In this document: piece by piece, positions 11,067-23,000 of the stretch
How the letters are laid out: each line of letters starts with the position of its first letter
Numbering within the stretch: the stretch's first letter is position 1
NCBI GenBank assembly: GCA_964016885.1
Contig: OZ024745.1
Location: 10,850,001 to 10,914,000 of the forward strand
Length of the DNA stretch: 64,000 nucleotides
Reading direction: 5' to 3'
From: Eledone cirrhosa
Taxonomy: Eukaryota
Notes under the pieces: generated by a model
What the model was told of the DNA's origin: nothing
Databases searched by the model: none
Seen by the model: the letters and a program-made list of their open reading frames with translations, nothing else
Program-made: the position numbers and the translations under genes

Positions 11067-11430
11067 CTGTTGTTGTTGTTATCTGTTTGTCGCCCAGCAT
11101 TTGTTGCCAGTAATGTAGTTCTGGTGTCCACAACCAGGGAGTTGAATTGGCACCTTCAATTGTCAAGCACTTCTCTGAGTATTCTGGCAGTTCTAAGGAG
11201 TTGTTTTCTGAAGGGGCATCTCCTTCATGTTGACCCCAATGTAAAAACAAAATAAAACTTTCTGGTTCTCACAATACTAAGTGCCCCAACTGGGACCACC
11301 TCAACTTTTTTCATTGCCCACAAATGTTTTATATCCCATGTTATTGATTCGTATTTTTCGACCTTCTTCAATACTTTACCACAAACCTTATTGCCAGTGG
11401 AACACACCACGTCCAGAATCAAACATTGTA
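11067..11430 (-). mobile_element. R4/Dong-like RLE LINE 3' end (second family)
   Basis: ILDVVCS...KKVEKYESITWDIKHLWAMKKVEVVPVGAL, then LLRTARILREVLDN*, then a 3' UTR with an (ACA)n tail. Confidence 0.75.
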
Positions 11431-11494
11431 CGGAGCTCGGTTGAATTGTTCATGGAATGAGTAAATGAGGTTTATTTTACAACATGGTGCTTAG

Positions 11495-11602
11495 AAAGAA
11501 ACAATGCAGTTATTAATAAGAAGAGTTGAAATTAATGCATGCAATATTTCACAGCTCTAGCATCCCTCCTTCATAGTCAGCCTATGGGCCAGCCTACCCT
11601 CG
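11495..11602 (-). mobile_element. Tc1/mariner-type terminal fragment
   Basis: Reverse complement begins TA-CGAGGG...CCATAGGCTGACTATGAAGGAG; homologous to 3757-3842. Confidence 0.6.
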
Positions 11603-11992
11603 TAACTGGTTTTTGATGATCAATTTCATGGTCACATTGGACCATGAAGTCCCATAGCATCTCGAGGTGGTCATTTTCTATAAGGCCTGGTTTAGGCTCA
11701 AGCCTTCTGTAGAGTTAAGAAATTCATTTCTATGTCCAACATCCTCAACTAACCATTCCAACAACTAGACACTGTCTCTAACGTTCCTATTACACTTGAA
11801 ATAACAAAGTTTTAACAATTTCAGATTCTTTGCATTTTAGATTTTTGGTATTTTTCTATTTTCTCGTAATCTCCGTCTCTCCCCCTCTAACGTTTAACAG
11901 AAAACCAACAATTAGCGAACACATTCTTTCCTCTTTGTTTAGAATAGCAATGTGTGTGTGACAGCTCACACCTATGTGTGTGTGTTTGTGTG

Positions 11993-12237
11993 TGTGACAG
12001 CTCACACCTATGCAGGTTTAACTGGCCTCCTCCAAGGTATATCTCGTTGGAGGTGTCTTGGGTAATTTTATGATAGGGGCCCCAGTCCCTATCATCTCAT
12101 TTCTACAGCTGAGTAAACTGGAGCAATGTGAAATAAAGTGTCTTGCTCAAGGAAAAACACATCACCCAGTCCGAGAATCGAACTCACAACCTTTCGATTG
12201 CAAGCCCAATGCTCTAACCACTAAGCCACGCGCCTTC
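11993..12237 (-). mobile_element. CORE-type SINE family A, full length
   Basis: Reverse complement shows GAAGGCGCGTGGCTTAGTGGTTAGAGC (A-box), GAGTTCGATTCTC (B-box), CCTTGAGCAAGACACTTTATTTCAC (CORE), and the shared tail. Confidence 0.85.
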
Positions 12238-12254
12238 GTATAACAATGTCTTGG

Positions 12255-12690
12255 GGTAAATACTTCATTTGTCTAATTCCTTCGAATCTTTGAATCCTTA
12301 TTTCCCATAGTATTCTACATGGTTGATTTCAAGATATACTTTCTGCTTTCAGGTCATACCATTTCTTCGCAAGAACAAATTCAAACATTATACACATTCG
12401 CCAATGTAGTATAAAGGCATGTCACGTCTCCAGTTCTTATAATGTTTCTCAACAGAGAATCTTTCATTGAGATCACATACGTCACGACCACTTCTCTGCC
12501 ACCACACGTGCAACATGTAACCAAGATTTTTCCTTGTGAGACCACATACACCACCACCACCACCTCCACCACACATACTACATGTAACCAAGATCTTCTT
12601 CCTAATCTCTGCACCGCTAACATAAAGACTTCTGTCTCCTCTTTCTTCAGATCTCCATTCTTTAGCTCCTGGAATCACTTCTAATATCGA
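12255..12690 (-). mobile_element. Highly decayed R4/Dong-like LINE segment (post-RT / zinc-knuckle region)
   Basis: Across frameshifts: DLKKEETEVFMLAVQ...TCSMCG...YKNWRRD...FVLAKKWYDLKAESILE...CRILWE.RIQ. This is the region that precedes the RLE domain found at 11067-11430. Confidence 0.6.
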
Positions 12691-12937
12691 TACCTTCTCT
12701 ATTTCGGAGAAAAAAAAGCTTATCTCTTCATATCGCTGCTTTCTTCTTCTTCTTCTTCTTCTTCTTCTTCTTCTTCTTCTTCTCCTTCTTCTCCTTCTCC
12801 TTCTCCCCCCCCCCCCCACATCTATTACTCTATCTATCATGTATACAATCCTTTCTAATTTCATTTTTTGCTATTATTATTCACTGGGTAATTGCTGGCC
12901 TTGTGCCTAACGTAGAAACAATTATTATTCCTTTCTG

Positions 12938-13049
<112 letters not shown>

Positions 13050-13067
13050 TATATATGTATATATATA

Positions 13068-13203
13068 TAACGAAAGAAATGTGGTAAGGAACTAAATGGA
13101 CCATAACGCACCAAAGTACTCAATACTTAGGGTAGTAGAGTGGGTAATAGGAACAAGTAAGACCCCGACGGCTTCAGCTCAGCCGTCGGGGTCTTACTTG
13201 TTC

Positions 13204-13208
<5 letters not shown>
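13068..13208. mobile_element. Short (TA)n-embedded repeat family C, copy 1, ending in a ~26-bp hairpin
   Basis: ATAACGAAAGAAATGTGGTAAGGAAC...GGACCATAACGCACCA shared with 55307 and 56831. Hairpin GGAACAAGTAAGACCCCGACGGC / GCCGTCGGGGTCTTACTTGTTCC. Confidence 0.75.
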
Positions 13209-13257
<49 letters not shown>

Positions 13258-13266
13258 CATATATAT

Positions 13267-13669
13267 GTGTGTTTCTTGGTCAGTATCCAAGTCTCAGATG
13301 GTGGATGGGTGCTACACGAGAATGCTGAGGATGGCTCTGAACATTAATCAGTATACACTGAGGATGAAAAACTCAGAGCTGTATGGGAGCATCCCAAAAG
13401 TCAGCTCAAAAGTGACACAGAAGAGACTGAGGTTAGCTGGACATGCTCACCGACATCCAGAGTTGACATTGCACTCAGTGCTCCTTTGGGAGCCCCTACA
13501 TGGACACACTAGAAGAGGAAGACCAAGGTTAACGTATGTTGATGCCCTAAGGACAGACACTGGTCTGTTGGAGATGCGGGACATGGCAGCGATAATGAGG
13601 GACAGAGACCGCTGGAGAGAACTCGTCCATGGATCTCGGGAATTTTACCCGCCTTAGATAGATAGATAG

Positions 13670-13670
<1 letters not shown>
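13267..13670 (+). mobile_element. RTE-clade LINE 3' fragment with a 5' micro-inversion
   Basis: QMVDGCYTRMLRMALNI...RLRLAGHAHRHPE...LLWEPLHGHTRRGRPRLTYVDAL...MRDRDRWRELV; (TAGA)n tail; homologous to 57727-58122. Confidence 0.9.
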
Positions 13671-13746
<76 letters not shown>

Positions 13747-13770
13747 TGTGTATTTATGTATATATATATA

Positions 13771-13801
<31 letters not shown>

Positions 13802-13869
13802 TCCGGGTTGAATCGGAGGTAACCACAGTAAGTAAGGTACTCAATACATAGCAGAGTATAAAAGTTTTA

Positions 13870-13979
13870 ATATAGACGAGATTCAACAGGACTAGAACTG
13901 TTTCATTCTTTAGAAATCATCAGTCCTGATGATTTCTAAAGAATGAAACAGTTCTAGTCCTGTAGAATCTCATCTATAT
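13870..13979. repeat. 110-bp near-perfect palindrome with a hammerhead-like core on both strands
   Basis: Centre CATCAG-TC-CTGATG. The right arm reads CTGATGA tttctaaagaat GAAA cagttc TA gtcctg. A third partial copy lies at 4831-4872 (-). Confidence 0.85.
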
Positions 13980-13999
13980 ATATATAGATAGATAGATAG

Positions 14000-14087
<88 letters not shown>

Positions 14088-14214
14088 TCTATTCTCAAGG
14101 TGGTAGATGTTCAGTTTTCAGCTGTTGCTATGTCTCCAGTTGTTAAATCGTTCTTATCTTTCCATCTCTTGCTACAAAGTCCTTTCCCCATCTCTTAGGA
14201 GGATTTCCTATTTA

Positions 14215-14417
14215 GACACAACATCAACAATTGGGGGAAGGGGGCAGTATATTACTTTAACCCTAGTACATGACTGGTACTTTATTTTATGGACCCTGAA
14301 AGAATGAAACATGAAGTTGACCTTGGCCGAATTTGAACTCAGAAGGTAATGAGTCATAACTAAATACCACAAAAAAACATTTGTTCGACGCTCAACAGAT
14401 TCTGTCAATCTCCACCC
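14215..14417 (-). mobile_element. SINE family B-related copy
   Basis: Reverse complement has GACAGAATCTGTTGAGCGTCG, CTGAGTTCAAATTCGGCCAAGGTCAACTTCATGTTTCATTCTTTCAGGGTCCATAAAATAAAGTACCAGT. Confidence 0.7.
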
Positions 14418-14463
14418 TGTTTACATCTGATATAACAATAACAGTTATATAATCCACCCGTGT

Positions 14464-14714
14464 GGTGAAGGCGCATGGCTTAGTGGTTAGAGCATTGGGC
14501 TTGCAATCGAAAGGTTTTGTGTTCAATTCTCGGACAATTCTTGTTTCCTTAAGCAAGACACTTTATTTCACGTTGCTCCAGTTTACTCAGCTGTAGAAAT
14601 AAGATTATAGGACATGGGGTCCCTATCATTAAATCACCCAAGACACCTCCAACGAGATATACCTTGGGGGAGGCCGGCTAAACCTGCATAGGTGTGAGCT
14701 GTCACAACAACAAC
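14464..14714 (+). mobile_element. CORE-type SINE family A, full length, with a 13-bp TSD
   Basis: A-box, B-box, CORE, tail and (ACA)n. Flanks AATCCACCCGTGT (14451-14463) and AATCCACACGTGT (14715-14727). Confidence 0.88.
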
Positions 14715-14960
14715 AATCCACACGTGTTTACATCTGATATAACAATACCAGTTATATAATCTAATATAATGGAATTGGAAAAAATGTCTTTAGATAAAAA
14801 ATAACAGCTCCATTCATGTTGACATCTCTTGGAAAACTGTTGGTGCTGGCGTTTTGTGTATGATTTATTTTTTTAGAAAAGTGGATGATGGAACGCGTCT
14901 ACACGGAATGGAAAAAAAACCGTTTTGTAAAAAGAGCTATACTTGAACACGTGAGTAAGC

Positions 14961-15006
<46 letters not shown>

Positions 15007-15129
15007 ATACGTCCGTACGAAGCTAAGAAGAAAAGTGTGTGTATATGTGAGTAAAAGAGTGTGTGTGCATGCAAGTACGAAGCTATGAGCAAAAGTATGT
15101 TAATATAAGGGTGTGTATGTGTGTATACA

Positions 15130-15873
15130 GAGCAGTGAAGGGAAAAGTGGAGTGAGCAGATATAGTCGGCATGTATTAGTTGTAAGAGAAGATGTTAATG
15201 ATCAAGAGAAAGCGATAGGAATCTAGGGGTGTGATAATAGACGGGGTATTAGAGAAATTGGGGAGGTGAGTTGAGTCCAAGTGGAGACTAGGACCCAAGG
15301 CGGTGAATCAGACTTTGTTCAGTCCTGGTGCGCGAGGCCTGTGATCCATGATGTAAAAAGATACCCAGGACTGAAACATGTAGGGAAGAATGACCAGGAG
15401 AACAGAAATGACGGGCGACGGGCGACGGGAGTATCCAAACCGAGTCGTATGTCCCTCAAATGTTCAACAAAACGGTCCGCCATACGGTGTCCCGTTTGTC
15501 CGATATATAAAGACCCGCAAAGGGAACACCGGAGGGCATAGACAACGTGGGTGGATGTGCAGGTGAAGGAATGGCGGATACTTAAAGACCCGTTAGGGCC
15601 TGTAAGAGTGGTGAGGGTGGAAATAAAGGGACAAGTGTTGCAGAGGGAACGGGAACAAGGATGAGAGCTGGGTGAAGTCGTGGGAGAGGATGAAAAGGAA
15701 CTGCGAACCAGGAGGTCGCAGGGGTTGCGGGCGCACTTAAAAGCAGTAATGGGTGGGTTTAGAAAAGAGCGAGAAGTGACGGGGTCAGAAGAGAAGATGC
15801 GGAAAGAACGGAGGATATGTCGCCGGAGTGGTAGGATGATGGGGTGGTAGGTGAGAGGAAAAGGAACGCGGGT

Positions 15874-15905
<32 letters not shown>

Positions 15906-16750
15906 TGAGGTGAGCAGGCTGTGGTGCGGTCTGTTTCACGAGCGCGGGTGAGAGCAGCTTGGATCAGGGTGGGGGGATATCCACGCTGGATGAAGCATGA
16001 AGCCATGCGAAGGGAATGGGTTTCGAAATCGTCATCCCGGCTACAGAGCCGTCGAAGACGGAGGAATTGGGAAAAGGGTATGGAGTGTTTAGTATGGGTT
16101 GGATGGAAGGAGGTGAAGTCGAGGTAAGAGATGGAATCTGTTGGTTTAATGAAGATGGAAGTAGAGAGGGTGTGGTGAGAATGATTAATAGATAGAGAGA
16201 TATCTAGAAAAGCGACAGAAGAATCGGAGACGGAGGCAGTGAAAGTGAGAGCAGGATGGAAAGATTGGACAAAAGAAAGAAAACAGTCGAGCTGTTCTCG
16301 TGATAGAGAGATGGCGCCGATACAGTCATCGATATAACGACCGTATAGCTCAGGAGTTGGTCCAGCGTACTGGGAGAAGATCTGGGCTTCGACGTATCCA
16401 ACAAACAAGTTGGCATAGTTTAGACCCATTCTGGTTCCCATCGCTACCCCAGAGACCTGCTGATAGAATTCACCCGAAAAAGAAAAGCCATTGAGGGCGA
16501 GAACAAGCTCAATCAGACGGAGAAGAGTGGTAGTGCTGGGATAAGGGGTAGGGCGTAAGTCTAAAAAATGTTGGAGAGCGGGGAAGTCATCATGTAGAGG
16601 GATGACCGTATAGAGAGAGCTGTTGTCCAGGGTAAAGAGAAGGCGAGAGGGACCAGGAGGCAAGGAGAAAGAGTTGAAGAGTCTAAGTGCATGATTTGTA
16701 TCGTGAATGTGGGAGGGGAGATTGACGACCATGGGGCGAGGATGGTGTTG
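15130..16750 (-). mobile_element. Penelope-like element (Neptune-type), 5'-truncated: RT plus GIY-YIG endonuclease pseudogene
   Basis: RT motifs LFTLD.SSLYT.IP, YQQVSGVAMGT, YANLFVG, RYIDD, FLD, KPTDS..YL...S.HP...K.SIPFSQFLRLRRLCS. Cys-rich linker PCSRSLCNTCPFI. GIY-YIG VVYALRCSLCGSLYIGQTG...RFVEH, then VARHF...E..LI..LG...P.GLN ending near 15249. Contains frameshifts and a stop. Confidence 0.93.
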
Positions 16751-17053
16751 CGACCGAAGATAATATCAGCAATGGAAAGATCAATAGAAACATCGTTTCC
16801 TTGGTCCGATCTGATAAATTCCACCGCACTCGACAAGTGAGGTCTGGGAACATGCTGATCGATAAAATATGACCATAATTCCAGATTTTGTTATAATTTC
16901 AGAAAAGTTTTATAAAAGTTCAGAATCCTCATCACATTAAAAACCAACACTGTTGCTTACTGCAATGAACTATACTTTCATGTGGTATCTTTTAGAATTC
17001 GGTGGATAGAATTAGTGAGAAGTAGAGACCATGAATTTTTGGACAGGGAGACC
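16751..17053 (-). pseudogene. Decayed L1/Tx1-like ORF2 C-terminal (zf-RVT-like) fragment; its upstream part continues at 53393-53458
   Basis: Minus-strand pieces in the expected order: QICWKLV (far side of the array), IHRIL (16993-17007), CWF/CDEDSE (16919-16950), FIKLF*NYNKIW, and IDLSIADIIFG (16753-16785). Several frameshifts are needed. Confidence 0.5.
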
Positions 17054-20000
17054 ATAGAATTAGAGGGAAATAAGTCTATATAACCATCAACACTGGGACA
17101 GGTAGACTATAGAATTAGAGAGAAGTAAGTCTATATAACCATCAACTCTGGGACAGGTAGACTATAGAATTAGAGAGAAGTAAGTCTATATAACCATCAA
17201 CTCTGGGACAGGTAGACTATAGAATTAGAGAGAAGTAAGTCTATATAACCATCAACTCTGGGACAGGTAGACTATAGAATTAGAGAGAAGTAGGTCTATA
17301 TAATCATCAACTCTGAGACAGGTAGATTATAGAATTAGAGAGAAGTAGGTCTATATAACCATCAACTCTGGGACAGGTAGACTATAGAATTAGAGAGAAG
17401 TAGGTCTATATAACCATCAACTCTGGGACAGGTAGACTATAGAATTAGAGAGAAGTAGGTCTATATAACCATCAACTCTGGGACAGGTAGACTATAGAAT
17501 TAAAGAGAAGTAGGTCTATATAACCATCAACTCTGGGACAGGTAGACTATAGAATTAGAGAGAAGTAGGTCTTATAACCATCAACTCTGGGACAGGTAGA
17601 CTATAGAATTAGAGAGAAGTAAGTCTATATAACCATCAACTCTGGGACAGGTAGACTATAGAATTAGAGAGAAGTAGGTCTATATAATCATCAACTCTGA
17701 GACAGGTAGACTATAGAATTAGAGAGAAGTAGGTCTATATAACCATCAACTCTGGGACAGGTAGACTATAGAATTAGAGAGAAGTAAGTCTATATAACCA
17801 TCAACTCTGGGACAGGTAGACTATAGAATTAGAGAGAAGTAAGTCTATATAACCATCAACTCTGAGACAGGTAGACTATAGAATTAGAGAGAAGTAGGTC
17901 TATATAACCATCAACTCTGGGACAGGTAGACTATAGAATTAGAGAGAAGTAAGTCTATATAACCATCAATTCTGAGACAGGTAGACTATAGAATTAGTGA
18001 GAAGTAAGTCTATATAAACATCAACTCTGGGACAGGTAGACTATAGAATTAGAGAGAAGTAGGTCTATATAACCATTAACTCTGAGACAGGTAGACTATA
18101 GAATTAGAGAGAAGTAGGTCTATATAACCATCAACACTGGGACAGGTAGACTATAGAATTAGAGAGAAGTAGGTCTATATAACCATCAACTCTGGGACAG
18201 GTAGACCATAGAATTAGAGAGAAGTAAGTCTATATAACCATCAACTCTGGGACAGGTAGACTATAGAATTAGAGAGAAGTAGGTCTATATAACCATCAAC
18301 TCTGGGACAGGTAGACTATAGAATTAGTGAGAAGTAAGTCTATATAACCATCAACTCTGGGACAGGTAGACTATAGAATTAGAGAGAAGTAAGTCTATAT
18401 AACCATCAACACAGGGACAGGTAGACTATAGAATTAGAGAGAAGTAGGTCTAATTAACCTTCAACTCTGGGACAGGTAGACTATAGAATTAGAGAGAAGT
18501 AGGTCTATATAACCTTCAACTCTGGGACAGGTAGACTATAGAATTAGAGGGAAGTAAGTCTATATAACCATCAACTCTGGGACAGGTAGACTATAGAATT
18601 AGAGGGAAGTAAGTCTATATAACCATCAACTCTGGGACAGGTAGACTATAGACTTAGAGAGAAGTAGGTCTATATAACCATCAACGCTGGGACAGGTAGA
18701 CTATAGAATTAGAGAGAAGTAAGTCTATATAACCATCAACTCTGGGACAGTTAGACTATAGAATTAGAGAGAAGTAGGTCTATATAACCTTCAAATCTGG
18801 GACAGGTAGACTATAGAATTAGAGAGAAGTAGGTCTATATAACCATCAACTCTGGGACAGGTAGACTATAGAATTAGAGGGAAGTAGGTCTATATAACCA
18901 TCAACTCTGGGACAGGTAGACCATAGAATTAAAGAGAAGTAGGTCTATATAACCATCAACACAGGGACAGGTAGACTATAGAATTAGAGAGAAGTAGGTC
19001 TATATAACCATCAACTCTGGGACAGGTAGACTATAGAATTAGAGAGAAGTAAGTCTATATAACCATTAACTCTGGGACAGGTAGACTATAGAATTAGAGA
19101 GTAGTAAGTCTATATAACCTTCAACTCTGGGACAGGTAGACTATAGAATTAGTGAGAAGTAGGTCTATATAACCTTCAACTCTGGGACAGGTAGACTATA
19201 GAATTAGAGAGAAGTCGGTCTATATAAACATCAAATCTGGGACAGGTAGACTATAGAATTAGAGAGAAGTAAGTCTATATAACCATCAACTCTGGGACAG
19301 GTAGACTATAGAATTAGTGAGAAGTAGGTCTATATAACCATCAACTCTGGGACAGGTAGACTATAGAATTAGAGAGAAGTAGGTCTATATAACCATCAAC
19401 TCTGGGACAGGTAGACTATAGAATTAGAGAGAAGTAAGTCTATATAACCATTAACTCTGGGACAGGTAGACTATAGAATTAGAGAGTAGTAAGTCTATAT
19501 AACCTACAACTCTGGGACAGGTAGACTATAGAATTAGAGAGAAGTAAGTCTATATAACCTTCAACTCTGGGACAGGTAGACTATAGAATTAGAGAGAAGT
19601 AGGTCTATATAACCATCAACACTGGGACAGGTAGACTATAGAATTAGAGAGAAGTAGGTCTATATAACCATCAACACTGGGACAGGTAGACTATAGAATT
19701 AGAGAGAAGTAGGTCTATATAACCATCAACTCTGGGACAGGTAGACTATAGAATTAGAGAGAAGTAAGTCTATATAACCATTAACTCTGGGACAGGTAGA
19801 CTATAGAATTAGAGAGTAGTAAGTCTATATAACCTACAACTCTGGGACAGGTAGACTATAGAATTAGTGAGAAGTAGGTCTATATAACCATCAACTCTGG
19901 GACAGGTAGACTATAGAATTAGAGAGTAGTAAGTCTATATAACCTTCAACTCTGGGACAGGTAGACTATAGAATTAGAGAGAAGTAGGTCTATATAACCA

Positions 20001-23000
20001 TCAACTCTGGGACAGGTAGACTATAGAATTAGAGAGAAGTAAGTCTATATAACCATCAACTCTGGGACAGGTAGACTATAGAATTAGAGAGAAGTAGGTC
20101 TATATAACCTTCAACTCTGGGACAGGTAGACCATAGAATTAGAGAGAAGTAAGTCTATATAACCATCAACTCTGGGACAGGTAGACTATAGAATTAGAGA
20201 GAAGTAGGTCTATATAACCTTCAACTCTGGGACAGGTAGACTATAGAATTAGAGAGAAGTAAGTCTATATAACCATCAACTCTGGGACAGGTAGACTATA
20301 GAATTAGAGAGAAGTAGGTCTATATAACCATCAACTCTGAGACAGGTAGACTATAGAATTAGTGAGAAGTAGGTCTATATAACCATCAACTCTGGGACAG
20401 GTAGACTATAGAATTAGTGAGAAGTAGGTCTATATAACCATCAACTTTGGGACAGGTAGACTATAGAATTAAAGAGAAGTAGGTCTATATAACCATCAAC
20501 AACGGGACAGGTAGACTATAGAATTAGAGAGAAGTAAGTCTATATAACCATCAACACTGGGACAGGTAGAATATAGAATTAGAGAGAAGTCGGTCTATAT
20601 AAACATCAAATCTGGGACAGGTAGACTATAGAATTAGAGAGAAGTAAGTCTATATAACCATCAACTCTGGGACAGGTAGACTATAGAATTAGTGAGAAGT
20701 AGGTCTATATAACCATCAACTCTGGGACAGGTAGACTATAGAATTAGAGAGAAGTAGGTCTATATAACCATCAACTCTGGGACAGGTAGACTATAGAATT
20801 AGAGAGAAGTAAGTCTATATAACCATTAACTCTGGGACAGATAGACTATAGAATTAGAGAGTAGTAAGTCTATATAACCTACAACTCTGGGACAGGTAGA
20901 CTATAGAATTAGAGAGAAGTAAGTCTATATAACCTTCAACTCTGGGACAGGTAGACTATAGAATTAGTGAGAAGTAGGTCTATATAACCATCAACTCTGG
21001 GACAGGTAGACTATAGAATTAAAGAGAAGTAGGTCTATACAACCATCAACTCTGGGACAGGTAGACTATAGAATTAGAGAGAAGTAGTTCTATATAACCA
21101 TCAACACTGGGACAGGTAGACCATAGAATTAGAGAGAAGTAGTTCTATATAACCATCAACTCTGGGACAGGTAGACTATAGAATTAGAGAGAAGTAGGTC
21201 TATATAACCATCAACACTGGGACAGGTAGACCATAGAATTAGAGAGAAGTAAGTCTATATAACCATCAACTCTGGGACAGGTAGACTATAGAATTAGAGA
21301 AGTAGGTCTATATAACCATCAACTCTGGGACAGGTAGACTATAGAATTAGAGAGAAGTCTATATAACCATCAACTCTGGGACAGGTAGACTATAGAATTA
21401 GAGAGAAGTAGGTCTATATAACCATCAACTCTGGGACAGGTAGACTATAGAATTAGAGAGAAGTAAGTCTATATAACCATCAACTCTGGGACAGGTAGAC
21501 TATAGAATTAGAGAGAAGTAGGTCTATATAACCATTAACTCTGGGACAGGTAGACTATAGAATTAGAGAGAAGTAGGTCTATATAACCATCAACTCTGGG
21601 ACAGGTAGACTATAGAATTAGTGAGAAGTAGGTCTATATAACCATTAACTATGGGACAGGTAGACTATAGAATTAGAGAGAAGTAGGTCTATATAACCAT
21701 CAACACTGGGACAGGTAGACCATAGAATTAGAGAGTAGTAAGTCTATATAACCATCAACTCTGGGACAGGTAGACTATAGAATTAAAGAGAAGTAGGTCT
21801 ATATAACCATCAATTCTGGGACAGGTAGACTATAGAATTAGTGAGAAGTAGGTCTACATAACCATTAACTCTGGGACAGGTAGACTATAGAATTAGAGAG
21901 TAGTAAGTCTATATAACCTTCAACTCTGGGACAGATAGACTATAGAATTAGAGAGAAGTAAGTCTATATAACCTTAAACTCTGGGACAGGTAGACTATAG
22001 AATTAGTGAGAAGTAGGTCTATATAACCATCAACTCTGGGACAGGTAGACTATAGAATTAGAGAGTAGTAAGTCTATATAACCTTCAACTCTGGGACAGA
22101 TAGACTATAGAATTAGAGAGAAGTAGGTCTATATAACCATTAACTCTGGGACAGGTAGACTATATAATTAGTGAGAAGTAGGTCTATATACCCATCAACT
22201 CTGGGACAGGTAGACTAAAGAATTAGAGAGAAGTAAGTCTATATAACCATCAATTCGGGGACAGGTAGACTATAGAATTAAAGAGAAGTAGGTCTATATA
22301 ACCATCAATTCTGGGACAAGTAGACTATAGAATTAGTGAGAAGTAGGTCTATATAACCATTAACTCTGGGACAGGTAGACTATAGAATTAGAGAATAGTA
22401 AGTCTATATAACCTTCAACTCTGGGACAGGTAGACTATAGAATTAGAGAGAAGTAAGTCTATATAACCTTCAACTCTGGGACAGGTAGACTATAGAATTA
22501 GAGAGAAGTAAGTCTATATAACCATCAACTCTGGGACAGGTAGACTATAGAATTAGAGAGAAGTAGGTCTATATAACCTTCACTTCTGGGACAGGTAGAC
22601 TATAGAATTAGTGAGAAGTAGGTCTATATAACCATCAACTCTGGGACAGGTAGACTATATAATTAGAGAGAAGTAGGTCTATATAACCATCAACTCTGGG
22701 ACAGGTAGACTATAGAATTAGAGAGAAGTAGGTCTATATAACCATCAACTCTGGGACAGGCAGACTATAGAATTAAAGAGAAGTAGGTCTATATAACCAT
22801 CAACTCTGGGACAGGTAGACTATAGAATTAGAGAGAAGTATGTCTATATAACCATCAACTCTGGGACAGATAGACTATAGAATTAGAGAGAAGTAGGTCT
22901 ATATAACCATGAACTCTGGGACAGGTAGACTATAGAATTAGAGAGAAGTAGGTCTATATAACCATCAACTCTGGGACAGGTAGACTATAGAATTAGAGAG

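Noticed and set aside
3757-11602. A single 7.8-kb composite mariner bounded by inverted ends
   Set aside because: The shared sequence extends well beyond a typical mariner TIR, so both pieces look like the same end of separate insertions. No transposase lies between them.
12388-12864. 158-aa ORF with poly-Arg and poly-Gly
   Set aside because: Built from a (CTT)n tract, a (CCA)n tract and out-of-frame LINE remnants.
16996-17082. Plus-strand host exons at the satellite edges (TTTTAG|AATTCGG... giving IRWIELVRSRDHEFL, and CAACAG|ATTTG...AAACAG|GTAT at 53405-53442)
   Set aside because: Splice-like signals exist, but the peptides are unrecognisable, the joined frames hit stops, and the minus-strand LINE reading explains the sequence better. 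RNA-seq junctions would reopen this.
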